From an uncultured Oscillospiraceae bacterium (lineage in GTDB: Bacteria; Bacillota; Clostridia; Oscillospirales; Oscillospiraceae), in the NCBI GenBank assembly GCA_947632695.1, contig CANRQC010000001.1:1-40587 (forward strand): a stretch of DNA of 40,587 nucleotides. The letters are read 5' to 3'. Below the pieces are notes generated by a model. The model saw only the letters and a program-made list of their open reading frames with translations. It had not been told where the DNA came from and did not search any database. The translations under genes were made by a program, and so were the position numbers. This document shows, piece by piece, positions 7,940-16,575 of the stretch. How positions within the stretch are numbered: the first letter of the stretch is position 1; the number at the start of each line of letters is the position of its first letter.

Positions 7940-9268
7940 ATGGACTATTCAAATCCGCTGACCTGGTTTTTGTTTATTCTCCCACCCTATCTTTTTCAGC
8001 TGGCGTTGGCCGAGGGGATGTTCTGTTGCCGTCTGAAGGTCCGGCGCTTCCTGCTCCCGCGGCTCCTGGGCAGCGCCCTGGTCTGTGCCGCGGCGCTGTG
8101 GCTGGCCGCCCGGGCCCTCACCTGGCATTCTGGGCCGGACGGGGTGGTGATCACGACAGTATACCTGGCGCTGTTTTTCCTGACGGTGGGCGTTCTGAAG
8201 CTCTGCTTCCAGGCAAGCTTCGCCACCCTCCTGTTTTACGGCATCGCCGCCTACGCGACCCAGAATCTGGCCTACCGGATCTACAGCATCTTCGAGCTGA
8301 CCGGCGCTGTCTGGCGTCTGGGGGACCGGATCGGCGCGCCGCTGGCCTATCTGCTCTGCTGGAACGGGATCTTTGCCGTGGTGGCCTCGGCGGTCTACCT
8401 GATCTTCACCCGCCCCATGCTCCAGCAGGACGCGGCGGCCCTGCGCAATCTCAAGGTGTACGCCCTGTCCGGCATTACCATGACGGTAACGGTGGTGCTG
8501 TGTTCCTGGACCAATGTTTATGCCGGCCAGAGCGACGCGCTGACGATGATCATCTGCCTGTTCTCCTGCGTCTGCTGCATTTTCATTTTGTGCCTTCAAT
8601 CCGGTATGCTCCAGACCGAGGGCCTGCGGCAGGACCTGGCGGTGCTGCGGCAGCTCTGGGAGCAGGACCGGAAGCAGTATGAGCTTTCTAAGGAAAATAT
8701 CAGCCTGATCAACATCAAATGCCACGATCTGCGGTTCCGGCTCCAGGCCCTTCGCAATTCGGAGGGGGAGGTCTCCCGGGAGGAGCTGGAGGAGATCGAG
8801 AACGCCATTTCCATTTATGACAGCCGGGTGTCCACCGGCTGCGAACCACTGGACACCATCCTCACGGAAAAGAGCCTGTTCTGCGCCAAAAACGGCATCC
8901 GCTTCACCTGCATGGCCGAGGGGAGCAGACTCCTGTTCATCACACCGGCGGACCTCTATTCCCTTCTGGGCAACATCATTTCCAACGCTGTGGAGGCGGT
9001 GCGGAAGGTGGAGGACCCGGAGTACCGGGTGATCACCCTGGTGGTCAAGCCTGTTGAGGAGATGCTGCTGATCTCCGAGGAGAACTATTTTTCCGGCAGC
9101 TTGGAATTTCAGGACGGTCTGCCCGTCACCAGCAAGGCCGACAAGCTGGAGCATGGCTACGGCATGAAGAGCATTCGGATGCTGACCAAAAAGTACGGCG
9201 GGGACCTGCGGATGAACGTAAAGGACAATCTGTTCTCCCTGGCGCTGCTGTTTCCCCTGGAAAAGTGA
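7940..9268 (+). CDS. membrane sensor histidine kinase, GHKL (AgrC-like)
   Basis: About 7 TM helices; KCHDLR H-box, GNIISNAVEA N-box, HGYGMKSI G-box; RBS AGAGGA. Confidence 0.92.
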   Translation: MDYSNPLTWFLFILPPYLFQLALAEGMFCCRLKVRRFLLPRLLGSALVCAAALWLAARALTWHSGPDGVVITTVYLALFFLTVGVLKLCFQASFATLLFYGIAAYATQNLAYRIYSIFELTGAVWRLGDRIGAPLAYLLCWNGIFAVVASAVYLIFTRPMLQQDAAALRNLKVYALSGITMTVTVVLCSWTNVYAGQSDALTMIICLFSCVCCIFILCLQSGMLQTEGLRQDLAVLRQLWEQDRKQYELSKENISLINIKCHDLRFRLQALRNSEGEVSREELEEIENAISIYDSRVSTGCEPLDTILTEKSLFCAKNGIRFTCMAEGSRLLFITPADLYSLLGNIISNAVEAVRKVEDPEYRVITLVVKPVEEMLLISEENYFSGSLEFQDGLPVTSKADKLEHGYGMKSIRMLTKKYGGDLRMNVKDNLFSLALLFPLEK

Positions 9269-9351
9269 GTCCACGGGGCCCTTTTCCCCTGCTGCCGTTG
9301 CCGCAGGCGCTTTCTTTTCCTCCGGTGGAAAGCCGATCAACGCATAAAACA

Positions 9352-9393
9352 CAGCCATACCCGAATAGATTTCCGGGTATGGCTGCTTTTTTT
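9352..9393. terminator. intrinsic terminator
   Basis: cagccatacccg ... cgggtatggctg-c-ttttttt between convergent genes. Confidence 0.75.
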
Positions 9394-9435
9394 GCCCCGC
9401 CACCGCCGGGCGGATGCCCGGCAGGAGCGTGTTTT

Positions 9436-9840
9436 TTACCGGGCCTGGATCCGCCGAACCCGGCTGCCGCCCTGATTGGCGCCGCCGTTCTCCCCGGAAC
9501 CGGCGCCGCCGGTGCCGTTCTGACCGCCGTTTTCTCCGTCGCCGCTGGAGCTTCCGGTGCCTTCCGAGCCGCCCGTGGAGCCGCTGGGGCTGGTCTGCCC
9601 GCCGCTGGGACGGGTGCCCTGGGTGCCCTGGGTGCCGGAGGGGGTGCTGGCAGAGCCGCTGCCGCCGGTAGCGCCGCTGGGCGTGGAGGTGCCGCTGGGA
9701 ACCGAGCCCGAAGGCGCTACGGTGGGCGCGCTGCTGGGATTGCTGGAACTGGGATTCTTGCCCGCGGTCTTGCCGTCTGTGCAGCCGGTCAGGCTCAAGG
9801 TAAGGACAAGGGCCAGGGCAATGGCAGTAAAGGTTTTCAT
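9436..9840 (-). CDS. Gly/Ser/Thr-rich disordered lipoprotein
   Basis: RBS GAGGAGG; signal peptide MKTFTAIALALVLTLSLTG-C; low-complexity body; 134 aa. Confidence 0.8.
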   Translation of the reverse strand: MKTFTAIALALVLTLSLTGCTDGKTAGKNPSSSNPSSAPTVAPSGSVPSGTSTPSGATGGSGSASTPSGTQGTQGTRPSGGQTSPSGSTGGSEGTGSSSGDGENGGQNGTGGAGSGENGGANQGGSRVRRIQAR

Positions 9841-10000
9841 AGATGATCCTCCTCTCAAAATTGCCGCAAGGGTAGTATTTCCGAAAGCGCCCAAACTAGA
9901 CAGGAAAAAACCGGGAAAGATGGAAATGGAATTGCCTCTTGCTTTTTCCGAGCGTATCATGTATAATGAGCAAAATAACCGAAAAGGGGATTTTTTTGTC

Positions 10001-10390
10001 ATGAAAAAGCTCACCGTCAAGAAAAACGTGGAATGTATGGCGTGCCTTGCCTGCGTCCAGGCCTGCTCCAACGCCTTTTACAAGACCTTCCACCAGGATC
10101 TGTCCTGCATCCAGGTGGTGGCCAAGCCCGGCGGCGGGGCCAAGCCGGTGACTTGCATCCAGTGCGGCAAGTGCGCCCGGACCTGCGAGCATGAGGCCAT
10201 TACCCAGAACCCCAAGACCGGGGTGTACATGATCAACAAGAAAAAGTGCGTCTCCTGCGGCAAGTGCAAGGAGGCCTGCCCCATGCACGTCCTGGTCCTG
10301 CCCACGGAGGGCCCCGCTTCCAAGTGCATCGCCTGCGGCATCTGCGCCAAGGCCTGCCCCATGGAGCTGCTGGAGGTCGTGGAAAAATAA
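10001..10390 (+). CDS. 4Fe-4S polyferredoxin (four CxxCxxCxxxC motifs)
   Basis: CMACLACVQAC, CIQCGKCARTC, CVSCGKCKEAC, CIACGICAKAC; promoter TTGCTT-17-TATAAT at 9939-9967. Confidence 0.9.
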   Translation: MKKLTVKKNVECMACLACVQACSNAFYKTFHQDLSCIQVVAKPGGGAKPVTCIQCGKCARTCEHEAITQNPKTGVYMINKKKCVSCGKCKEACPMHVLVLPTEGPASKCIACGICAKACPMELLEVVEK

Positions 10391-10433
10391 AATCCGCCGC
10401 TTTCACGGCGGGCGCCTATAACGGAGGGAAACC

Positions 10434-11711
10434 ATGGTTCGATCCGGCTGGGAATGGATCATTTATATGCTGATCTACGCCTTCTTCGGCTGGGCCGGAG
10501 AGGTGGTTTGGTACGCGCTGAAGGACCGCAAATTCGTCCACCGGGGCTTCCTCAATCTGCCGCTGGACCTGCCCTACGGCATTTCCTGGGCGATTTTGGT
10601 CCAGGTGCTGCCCACGGTGGGCAGAAATTATGTGATGGAATTGGTGCTGGCCTTCGTGGTGCTGACAGTGGCGCGGAGCCTGTCCGGCTTCCTGCTCCGG
10701 GTGGTCAGCAACATGGCCCACTGGGAGGCGGAGCGGGCCCTGCCCCAGTCCTGGATGGGCCTGGCGGGCCGGCTGCTGATCGCCGGGGCTATGCTGGTGG
10801 GCTACCATGTGTTCCATCCCATGCTGGCCTTCCTGGTGCTGATGCTGCCGGAGCTGGTGGTGAAGGTCCTGGCCCTGGCCCTCGGCGGACTGGTGGTGGC
10901 GGACTTCTTCGTGATGGTCTACGCCCTGCGCCACGGGGTGCCTTCCCAGGCGGTGGAGAGCCGGAACCGCACCGCCAGCCTGGGTACCAGGATCACAGAT
11001 CAGATCTGGCGCCGGATTCAGAAGACCTACCCCGGCGTGGCCGCCGACCCGGAGCTGGCGAAGCGCTACACCTTCGCCCAGGGGATGTGCCTGGATAAGC
11101 TGGTCTGGGTCTTTTTCATCAGCGCCCTGCTGGGGGACCTGATCGAGACCCTCTACTGCGGCCTGGGAGGCAGCTGGATGAGCCGGAGCAGCGTGCTTTA
11201 CGGCCCCTTCAGCTTCGTCTGGGGCCTGGGGGCCGTGGTCCTGACGGTGGCGCTGCGGCACCTGGCGGCCAAATCCGACCGGTGGGTGTTTTTGGGCGGA
11301 TTCGTCATCGGCGGAGCCTATGAGTATCTTTGCAGCGTGTTTACGGAATTGGTCTACGGCGTGGTGTTCTGGGATTACAGCGATATGCCCCTGAACATCG
11401 GCGGCCGGACCAATGTGCTCTACTGCTTTTTCTGGGGTATTTTGGCGGTGGTGTGGATCAAGGTCCTCTACCCGCCCATGGAGCGAAGCATTGAAAAGCT
11501 GCCGGTGGTGGCCGGGAAGGTGCTGACCTGGGTGATCGTGGTGTTCCTGGTCTGCGACGCCGCCCTCACCGGAGTGGCCATGCTCCGCTACGATAATCGC
11601 CAGGACCGGCCGGAGCCGGCCAACGTGGCGGAGGAGTTTTTAGACGAAAACTTTGACGACGACTACATGGAGGCCCGCTGGCCCAACATGAAGGTCACCC
11701 AAACCGAATAA
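10434..11711 (+). CDS. membrane protein, putative ABC-transporter permease family (CmpB/DUF1113-like, two repeats)
   Basis: YAFFGWAGE..RGFL..P..YG and LGDLIE..YGPF..FWDYSDMPLNIGGR motifs; RBS GGAGG. Confidence 0.8.
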   Translation: MVRSGWEWIIYMLIYAFFGWAGEVVWYALKDRKFVHRGFLNLPLDLPYGISWAILVQVLPTVGRNYVMELVLAFVVLTVARSLSGFLLRVVSNMAHWEAERALPQSWMGLAGRLLIAGAMLVGYHVFHPMLAFLVLMLPELVVKVLALALGGLVVADFFVMVYALRHGVPSQAVESRNRTASLGTRITDQIWRRIQKTYPGVAADPELAKRYTFAQGMCLDKLVWVFFISALLGDLIETLYCGLGGSWMSRSSVLYGPFSFVWGLGAVVLTVALRHLAAKSDRWVFLGGFVIGGAYEYLCSVFTELVYGVVFWDYSDMPLNIGGRTNVLYCFFWGILAVVWIKVLYPPMERSIEKLPVVAGKVLTWVIVVFLVCDAALTGVAMLRYDNRQDRPEPANVAEEFLDENFDDDYMEARWPNMKVTQTE

Positions 11712-11715
11712 TTTA

Positions 11716-11740
11716 CGGGCTCCCCGCCGGGGAGCCCGTT
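11716..11740. terminator. hairpin terminator between convergent genes
   Basis: acgggctcccc-gcc-ggggagcccgt. Confidence 0.65.
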
Positions 11741-11819
11741 GTTCATGCGATTTCTGGAAAAGAAGCCAGGACCTGGGAAAGTTTCCCCACCCCGTAGGGG
11801 CCGTTGAGCCAGAGGATCA

Positions 11820-13256
11820 TCAGTACGCCACGCCCCAGTAGAGCATCTTCTCCGCCTTTTTCCCGCAGATGGCGCAGGTATCGCCCAAATGCTCCTGGGC
11901 AAAGGGGATGCAGCGGGAGGACATGCCCGCCTCGTCCTTCATTTTGGTTTCGCACTCCTCGCTGCCGCACCACATGGTCTTGATGAAGCCGCCGTTGCGC
12001 TTTTGCAGGTCCCGGGCCTCCTCCAGGGTGGAGGCGGCGAAAATGTGGCTCTCCAGATTGGCCTTAGCCTTGGCGTACAGGCCGTCATGGACCGCCTGGA
12101 GGGTCTCGGAGAGGGCCGTCTCCAGCTCCTCCAGAGGGACCACCCGCTTTTCCCGGTTGTCCCGGCGGACCAGGACGCACTGATTCTGCTCCAAATCCTT
12201 GGGGCCCACCTCTAAGCGGACGGGGACGCCCTTCATCTCATACTCGGCAAATTTCCAGCCGGGGCTCTGATCGGAGTCGTCCATCTTCACCCGGAACCCA
12301 GCCTTTTTCAGCCGGTCCCGAAGCTGGGCGGCGGCGTCCAGAACGCCGGGCTTGTGCTGGGCGATGGGCAGGATCACGCACTGGATGGGCGCCACCTTGG
12401 GGGGCAGGACCAGGCCGCTGTTGTCCCCGTGGGTCATGATGATGCCGCCGATGAGCCGGGTGGACAGGCCCCAGGAGGTCTCAAAGGGCACCTGGAGCTG
12501 ATTATTCTTGTCCGTGAAGCGGATGTCGTAGGCCCGGGCAAAGCCGTCGCCGAAATAGTGGGAGGTGCCGGCCTGGAGGGCCTTGCCGTCGTGCATCATG
12601 CACTCGATGGTGTAGGTCCGCTCCGCGCCGGAGAACTTCTCCTTGTCGGTCTTCACGCCCTTGATGACGGGCATGGCCAGGTAGTTTTCGCAGAAATCGG
12701 CGTAGCATTCCAGCTGCCCCTCGGTCTCCGCGATGGCCTCCTGGGCGGTGGCGTGGAGAGTGTGGCCCTCCTGCCACAGAAATTCCCGGTGGCGCAGGAA
12801 GGGGCGGCTGGTCTTCTCCCAGCGCAGCACGCTGCACCACTGGTTGTACTTGACGGGCAGATCCCGCCAGGAATGGACAATGTCCTTAAAATGGTCGCAG
12901 AACAGCGTCTCCGAGGTGGGGCGGATGCACAGCTTCTCCTCCAGCTCCTCGCTGCCACCCATGGTCACCCAGGCGCACTCCGGGGCGAAGCCCTCCACAT
13001 GGTCCTTCTCCTTTTGCAGCAGGCTCTCCGGGATCAGCAGGGGCATATACACGTTCTCATGGCCGGATTCCTTGAACATCCCGTCCAGGATGTGCTGGAT
13101 ATTCTCCCACAGAGCGTAGCCGTAGGGCCGGTAGACGAACACGCCCTTGACCCCGGAGTAGGCGATTAGGTCCGCCTTTTTGCATACGTCGGTGTACCAC
13201 TGGGCGAAATCCAGCTCCATGTCCGTGATTTGGGAAACCATTTTTTCTTTTGCCAT
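11820..13256 (-). CDS. proS: proline--tRNA ligase (archaeal/eukaryote-like type)
   Basis: RPTSET, FLRHREFLWQEGHT, QAGTSHY, SWGLSTR, C-terminal zinc domain ending GVAY; RBS GGGAGG. Confidence 0.96.
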   Translation of the reverse strand: MAKEKMVSQITDMELDFAQWYTDVCKKADLIAYSGVKGVFVYRPYGYALWENIQHILDGMFKESGHENVYMPLLIPESLLQKEKDHVEGFAPECAWVTMGGSEELEEKLCIRPTSETLFCDHFKDIVHSWRDLPVKYNQWCSVLRWEKTSRPFLRHREFLWQEGHTLHATAQEAIAETEGQLECYADFCENYLAMPVIKGVKTDKEKFSGAERTYTIECMMHDGKALQAGTSHYFGDGFARAYDIRFTDKNNQLQVPFETSWGLSTRLIGGIIMTHGDNSGLVLPPKVAPIQCVILPIAQHKPGVLDAAAQLRDRLKKAGFRVKMDDSDQSPGWKFAEYEMKGVPVRLEVGPKDLEQNQCVLVRRDNREKRVVPLEELETALSETLQAVHDGLYAKAKANLESHIFAASTLEEARDLQKRNGGFIKTMWCGSEECETKMKDEAGMSSRCIPFAQEHLGDTCAICGKKAEKMLYWGVAY

Positions 13257-13360
13257 AGTCTCAAACCTCCCATTTTCTGTAATGTTTATTGTATCACACC
13301 TGTCAAGGCTTCGCATAGGATGGGGGGAAGTTTTTTTGATATTTTCCATGGGAGGCCCGT

Positions 13361-13528
13361 ATGAGCCAGGTGACGCTGCATTTGGAGCCGGAGCTGATCC
13401 GGTTTTACGCCCATATCGCCGCCGCATCCGGCAAGACCTTGGAGCAGGTCCTCCATGACGCCCTGTTCAAGCTGGCGGGAGAGCTGTCATTGGAGGCTCT
13501 CCGGGCGGCGGGCACGGAAGAACCATGA
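13361..13528 (+). CDS. 55-aa small protein, ribbon-helix-helix-like (missing from ORF track)
   Basis: RBS GGGAGG; MSQVTLHLEPELIRFYAHIAAASGKTLEQVLHDALFKLAGELSLEALRAAGTEEP*; host-like codon usage. Confidence 0.7.
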   Translation: MSQVTLHLEPELIRFYAHIAAASGKTLEQVLHDALFKLAGELSLEALRAAGTEEP

Positions 13529-13536
13529 ATTTGCCG

Positions 13537-13565
13537 TTGTAATTTCCTTCCGGATTTGCTATACT
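13537..13565 (+). promoter_or_regulatory. sigA promoter of sdaA
   Basis: TTGTAA-17-TATACT with extended TG. Confidence 0.55.
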
Positions 13566-13593
13566 AAATAAAATCATAAGGGGGGAAAGCTTT

Positions 13594-14814
13594 ATGAAAT
13601 CGATCCGGGAGCTGTATAAAATCGGGAAAGGGCCGTCCTCGTCCCACACCATGGGGCCGGAGCGGGCGGCGGAGCTATTTTTGTCGGAGAATCCCCAGGC
13701 GGACGCCTTCCGGATCATTCTCTACGGGTCCCTGAGCAAAACAGGAGTTGGCCACGGCACGGACCGGGTCCTGCGGCAGGTGTTCGCGCCAAGGGAGACC
13801 CAGATCGAATTTGCCGGGGAGGCGCCGGCGGGCAGCCACCCCAACACCATGGACTTTTTCGCCTACTACGAAGGGCGGGAGCTTGGCCAGCTGCGGGTGG
13901 AGTCCATCGGCGGCGGGGACATCCGCATCCCAGGTCGGCCGGAGGTCCAGGGGCCGGAGGTGTACCCGGAAAATTCCTTTGCGGAGATCGCGGATTTCTG
14001 CAAATGGCGCTACATCAGCACCCTTAGCGAGTATGTAGAGATCAACGAGGGGCCGGAAATTTGGGACTTCCTGATGGAGGTCTGGCAGGCCATGAAGGCC
14101 TCCATCGACGAGGGCCTGCGGGCCACCGGGACCCTGCCCGGCGGGCTGGGGGTCCAGCGGAAGGCCCGTTATCTATATGAGCAGGAGCTGGCCACCGAGG
14201 TGCCCCAGGTCCGGGAGTGCCGGATCATCTGCGCCTACGCCTACGCCGTCTCCGAGCAGAACGCGGACAACGGCACCATCGTCACCGCCCCCACCTGTGG
14301 GGCCAGCGGCGTGCTGCCGGCGGTGCTGAAATACTTTCAGGACACACAAAACGCCTCGGATGAGCGGATCCTCCGGGGCCTGGCCACGGCGGGAATCATC
14401 GGCAGCCTGACCAAGCGGAACGCCTCCATCTCCGGGGCGGAATGCGGCTGTCAGGCGGAGATCGGCACCGCCTGCTCTATGGCGGCGGCGGCACTGGCGG
14501 AGCTGTACGGCCTGAACCTGGATCAGGTGGAGTACGCCGCGGAGATGGCCATGGAACACCACCTGGGCCTGACCTGCGACCCCATCAGCGGCCTAGTGCA
14601 GATCCCCTGCATCGAGCGCAACGCCGTGGCGGCCATGCGGGCCATGAACGCCTGCAATCTGAGCTATTTCCTCTGCGGCACCCGAAATATCAGCTACGAC
14701 ATGGTCTGCAAGGCCATGTACGAAACGGGCCTGAACCTGGCCAAGCAGTACAAGGAAACCAGCGAGGGCGGCTTGGCAAGGTTCTTGGGGAGAAGAAGGG
14801 GAAGCCTGCAATAA
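13594..14814 (+). CDS. sdaA: L-serine dehydratase, Fe-S dependent, single chain
   Basis: GKGPSSSHTMGP, VTAPTCGASG, SISGAECGCQAE, LGLTCDP, QIPCIERN. Confidence 0.93.
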   Translation: MKSIRELYKIGKGPSSSHTMGPERAAELFLSENPQADAFRIILYGSLSKTGVGHGTDRVLRQVFAPRETQIEFAGEAPAGSHPNTMDFFAYYEGRELGQLRVESIGGGDIRIPGRPEVQGPEVYPENSFAEIADFCKWRYISTLSEYVEINEGPEIWDFLMEVWQAMKASIDEGLRATGTLPGGLGVQRKARYLYEQELATEVPQVRECRIICAYAYAVSEQNADNGTIVTAPTCGASGVLPAVLKYFQDTQNASDERILRGLATAGIIGSLTKRNASISGAECGCQAEIGTACSMAAAALAELYGLNLDQVEYAAEMAMEHHLGLTCDPISGLVQIPCIERNAVAAMRAMNACNLSYFLCGTRNISYDMVCKAMYETGLNLAKQYKETSEGGLARFLGRRRGSLQ

Positions 14815-15030
14815 TATTTCTGAAAAAAGACCGCCTGCGTTGCACCGGGAACCGGTTCGCGGGCGGACGATTTTTAAGTTAGCATTTTAGTTCGCATTTT
14901 TCTGTTTTTGCCACGCAAAAACAGGGGCACAGCCAGTACCTTCACCGGTCGCTGGGCTGGCGTAAAAAAGGGAAAAGGCGACATTGCACCTTGACAACTT
15001 CATAGAGATAGCGGAAATTTTGATGAAATA

Positions 15031-15052
15031 GCCCTCCCCATAAGGGGAGGGT
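15031..15052 (-). terminator. hairpin downstream of DUF4352-like gene
   Basis: ccctcccc-ataa-ggggaggg. Confidence 0.55.
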
Positions 15053-15063
15053 CTTGGGAATCA

Positions 15064-15708
15064 TTATTTACTATATTCAAAAACAAATTCTTTGTTTGAC
15101 CAAAAATCAGCTTTAAATCTGATTTCTATCGTTTTCCAATCTTGATCGGCCTCGTACCCAATTACGCCATTCATTTTCTTGCCAGCGGCAACAGAACCGT
15201 CAAGCTGTGGCTTATCGTCGCTCATCAGCCCGGACAAGCTGATACTGGTTGAATAATCATCAATATATGCCTCAAAAGACATTAGAGAGCTTACGGCTAT
15301 ATCTTTATCGGAATTGTTTTCAATTTCAAATTCGCATATTACGAAAACTTTTCCGTCGGATGGCGTAACAAAGTCTTTCCCAGTGCTTTCCCTGACATCT
15401 ACAAGCGTTACGATAATATCGTTAAGCTCAACCTTTTCTCCAACGCTAAACACAGTTTTTTCTTCCGGTGCTTTCGTTTCTGTTTTGTTTCCACTTGTAG
15501 AATTGCTCACATCTCCTACCTTGTGCGGCTCGTCACTGTTGCTATTTCCAAAAGCAGCCACTAAAGCAATTATACCAAGAATAACCAAGACTACGCCGAG
15601 GACAACGTGCTTTTTCTGCTTTGCTCCACAGTGTGGGCATACTTTTGCAGATTTTGCGATTTCTTGTCCACAAGATTTACATTTAACCATTTTTCCATTG
15701 TTTCCCAT
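15064..15708 (-). CDS. zinc-ribbon + TM + DUF4352-like protein (prophage moron type)
   Basis: CKSCGQEIAKSAKVCPHCG, one TM helix, beta-rich exported domain (FEIENNSDK..LDGSVAAGKKMNGVIGYE); RBS AAGGAGG; low GC. Confidence 0.8.
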   Translation of the reverse strand: MGNNGKMVKCKSCGQEIAKSAKVCPHCGAKQKKHVVLGVVLVILGIIALVAAFGNSNSDEPHKVGDVSNSTSGNKTETKAPEEKTVFSVGEKVELNDIIVTLVDVRESTGKDFVTPSDGKVFVICEFEIENNSDKDIAVSSLMSFEAYIDDYSTSISLSGLMSDDKPQLDGSVAAGKKMNGVIGYEADQDWKTIEIRFKADFWSNKEFVFEYSK

Positions 15709-15850
15709 AGTGTTTCCTCCTTCCGTATACAACTAAAATTTACCATATATTCCTTATTTTGTCAAGAATTTTGTTGAAGTATTAAAATTTTTGAAAAGCA
15801 TTTTGACATTGCAATAATATCGATTCTTTTTCGCCACTAATACAAAAGCT

Positions 15851-15890
15851 AAGATTCCCGCTATCTCTATGAGGTGGCGGGAATCTTTTT
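15851..15890 (+). terminator. terminator-like hairpin
   Basis: aagattcccgctatctc-tat-gaggtggcgggaatctt-ttt. Confidence 0.55.
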
Positions 15891-15906
15891 ATTTGGTGGT
15901 GAGACT

Positions 15907-15960
15907 ATGGCAGCAGACGGTTCCGTTGTTATCCAGACAAGGACGGACGCAAAAAGGTAA
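15907..15960 (+). pseudogene. N-terminal stub of a phage tape-measure protein
   Basis: RBS GGTGGTGA then MAADGSVVIQTRTDAKR*, resembling the MAADGSxxIxT start of clostridial siphophage tape-measure proteins. Confidence 0.5.
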
Positions 15961-15994
15961 AAAAGCCGCCCTCTCGGGCAGCTTCCTTATAACG

Positions 15995-16008
15995 GAAGGA
16001 GGGATTTG
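15995..16008 (-). repeat. 14-bp direct repeat of the tRNA-Ser T-arm/acceptor (att-like)
   Basis: gaaggagggatttg at 15995-16008 is identical to 16583-16596; a terminator-like hairpin follows on the - strand at 15959-15988. Confidence 0.6.
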
Positions 16009-16055
16009 TCTCATCGAAACAATTGATCTATGTATTGGAAACGCAAGTGAGTCCC

Positions 16056-16403
16056 CTATATGTCGCTCTTTTTAGCTGTATTCAAAGAGGAAATCAAAAT
16101 CCGTTTAATTTCGATACACTGCTCTAATAAGTTTTTATCAGAATAATATCCACTTTCTAAAAGCAACTCGATCCAGTACTCTGTTTCAGAGCATTCCTTT
16201 AATGCAATTTGGAGCTTCGCAATAAAATCCGCTCTCCCGTGGGCGTAAAACGCCTCTCGGATATTTGCGCCGATGCTTGTTCCAGAACGCAGGAATTGAC
16301 TGACAAGCGCACCTTCGCATTTTGCAGCCCGCAATGTTTTGCACGCTTGGATTACATTTAAAGCAAATATTTTGGATTTTTCAATCAGAGGACTGTTAGA
16401 CAT
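16056..16403 (-). CDS. four helix bundle protein (23S rRNA IVS-protein / Avd-like family)
   Basis: KSKIFALNVI, QFLRSGTSIGANIREA, DFIAKLQIALKECSETEYWIELL. Confidence 0.92.
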   Translation of the reverse strand: MSNSPLIEKSKIFALNVIQACKTLRAAKCEGALVSQFLRSGTSIGANIREAFYAHGRADFIAKLQIALKECSETEYWIELLLESGYYSDKNLLEQCIEIKRILISSLNTAKKSDI

Positions 16404-16446
16404 CGTTTTTCACACTCTTTTTCAATCGTCCGCGAAGCGGACACCG

Positions 16447-16539
16447 CACTTCTTCACTCTTCACTATTACCTATTACTTTCCGCCAAAAATCGGCCCATC
16501 GTATGAAGTGAAGAGTGAAAAGTGAATAGTGAAAAAGTA
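16447..16539. repeat. two complementary blocks of 7-mer tandem repeats (TTCACTN / AGTGAAN)
   Basis: cacttcttcactcttcactattacctattact (16447-16478) vs agtgaagagtgaaaagtgaatagtgaaaaagta (16507-16539). Confidence 0.8.
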
Positions 16540-16575
16540 AAAATCGGCAAGCTCCGAACGTCGCTTGCCGATTTT
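16540..16575 (-). terminator. terminator directly after tRNA-Ser
   Basis: aaaatcggcaag-12 nt-cttgccgatttt. Confidence 0.7.

Noticed and set aside
13257-13427. T-box leader or longer N-terminus for proS
   Set aside because: Good RBS at 13256 with an extended -10 (TGaTACAAT) about 30 nt upstream leaves no room; no T-box motif seen.
16447-16539. CRISPR array
   Set aside because: Repeats are contiguous 7-mers without spacers; no cas genes or 25-40 bp spaced repeats seen in the window.
16056-16540. Diversity-generating retroelement (Avd-like protein present)
   Set aside because: No reverse transcriptase and no TR/VR repeat pair with adenine-specific mismatches seen in the window.
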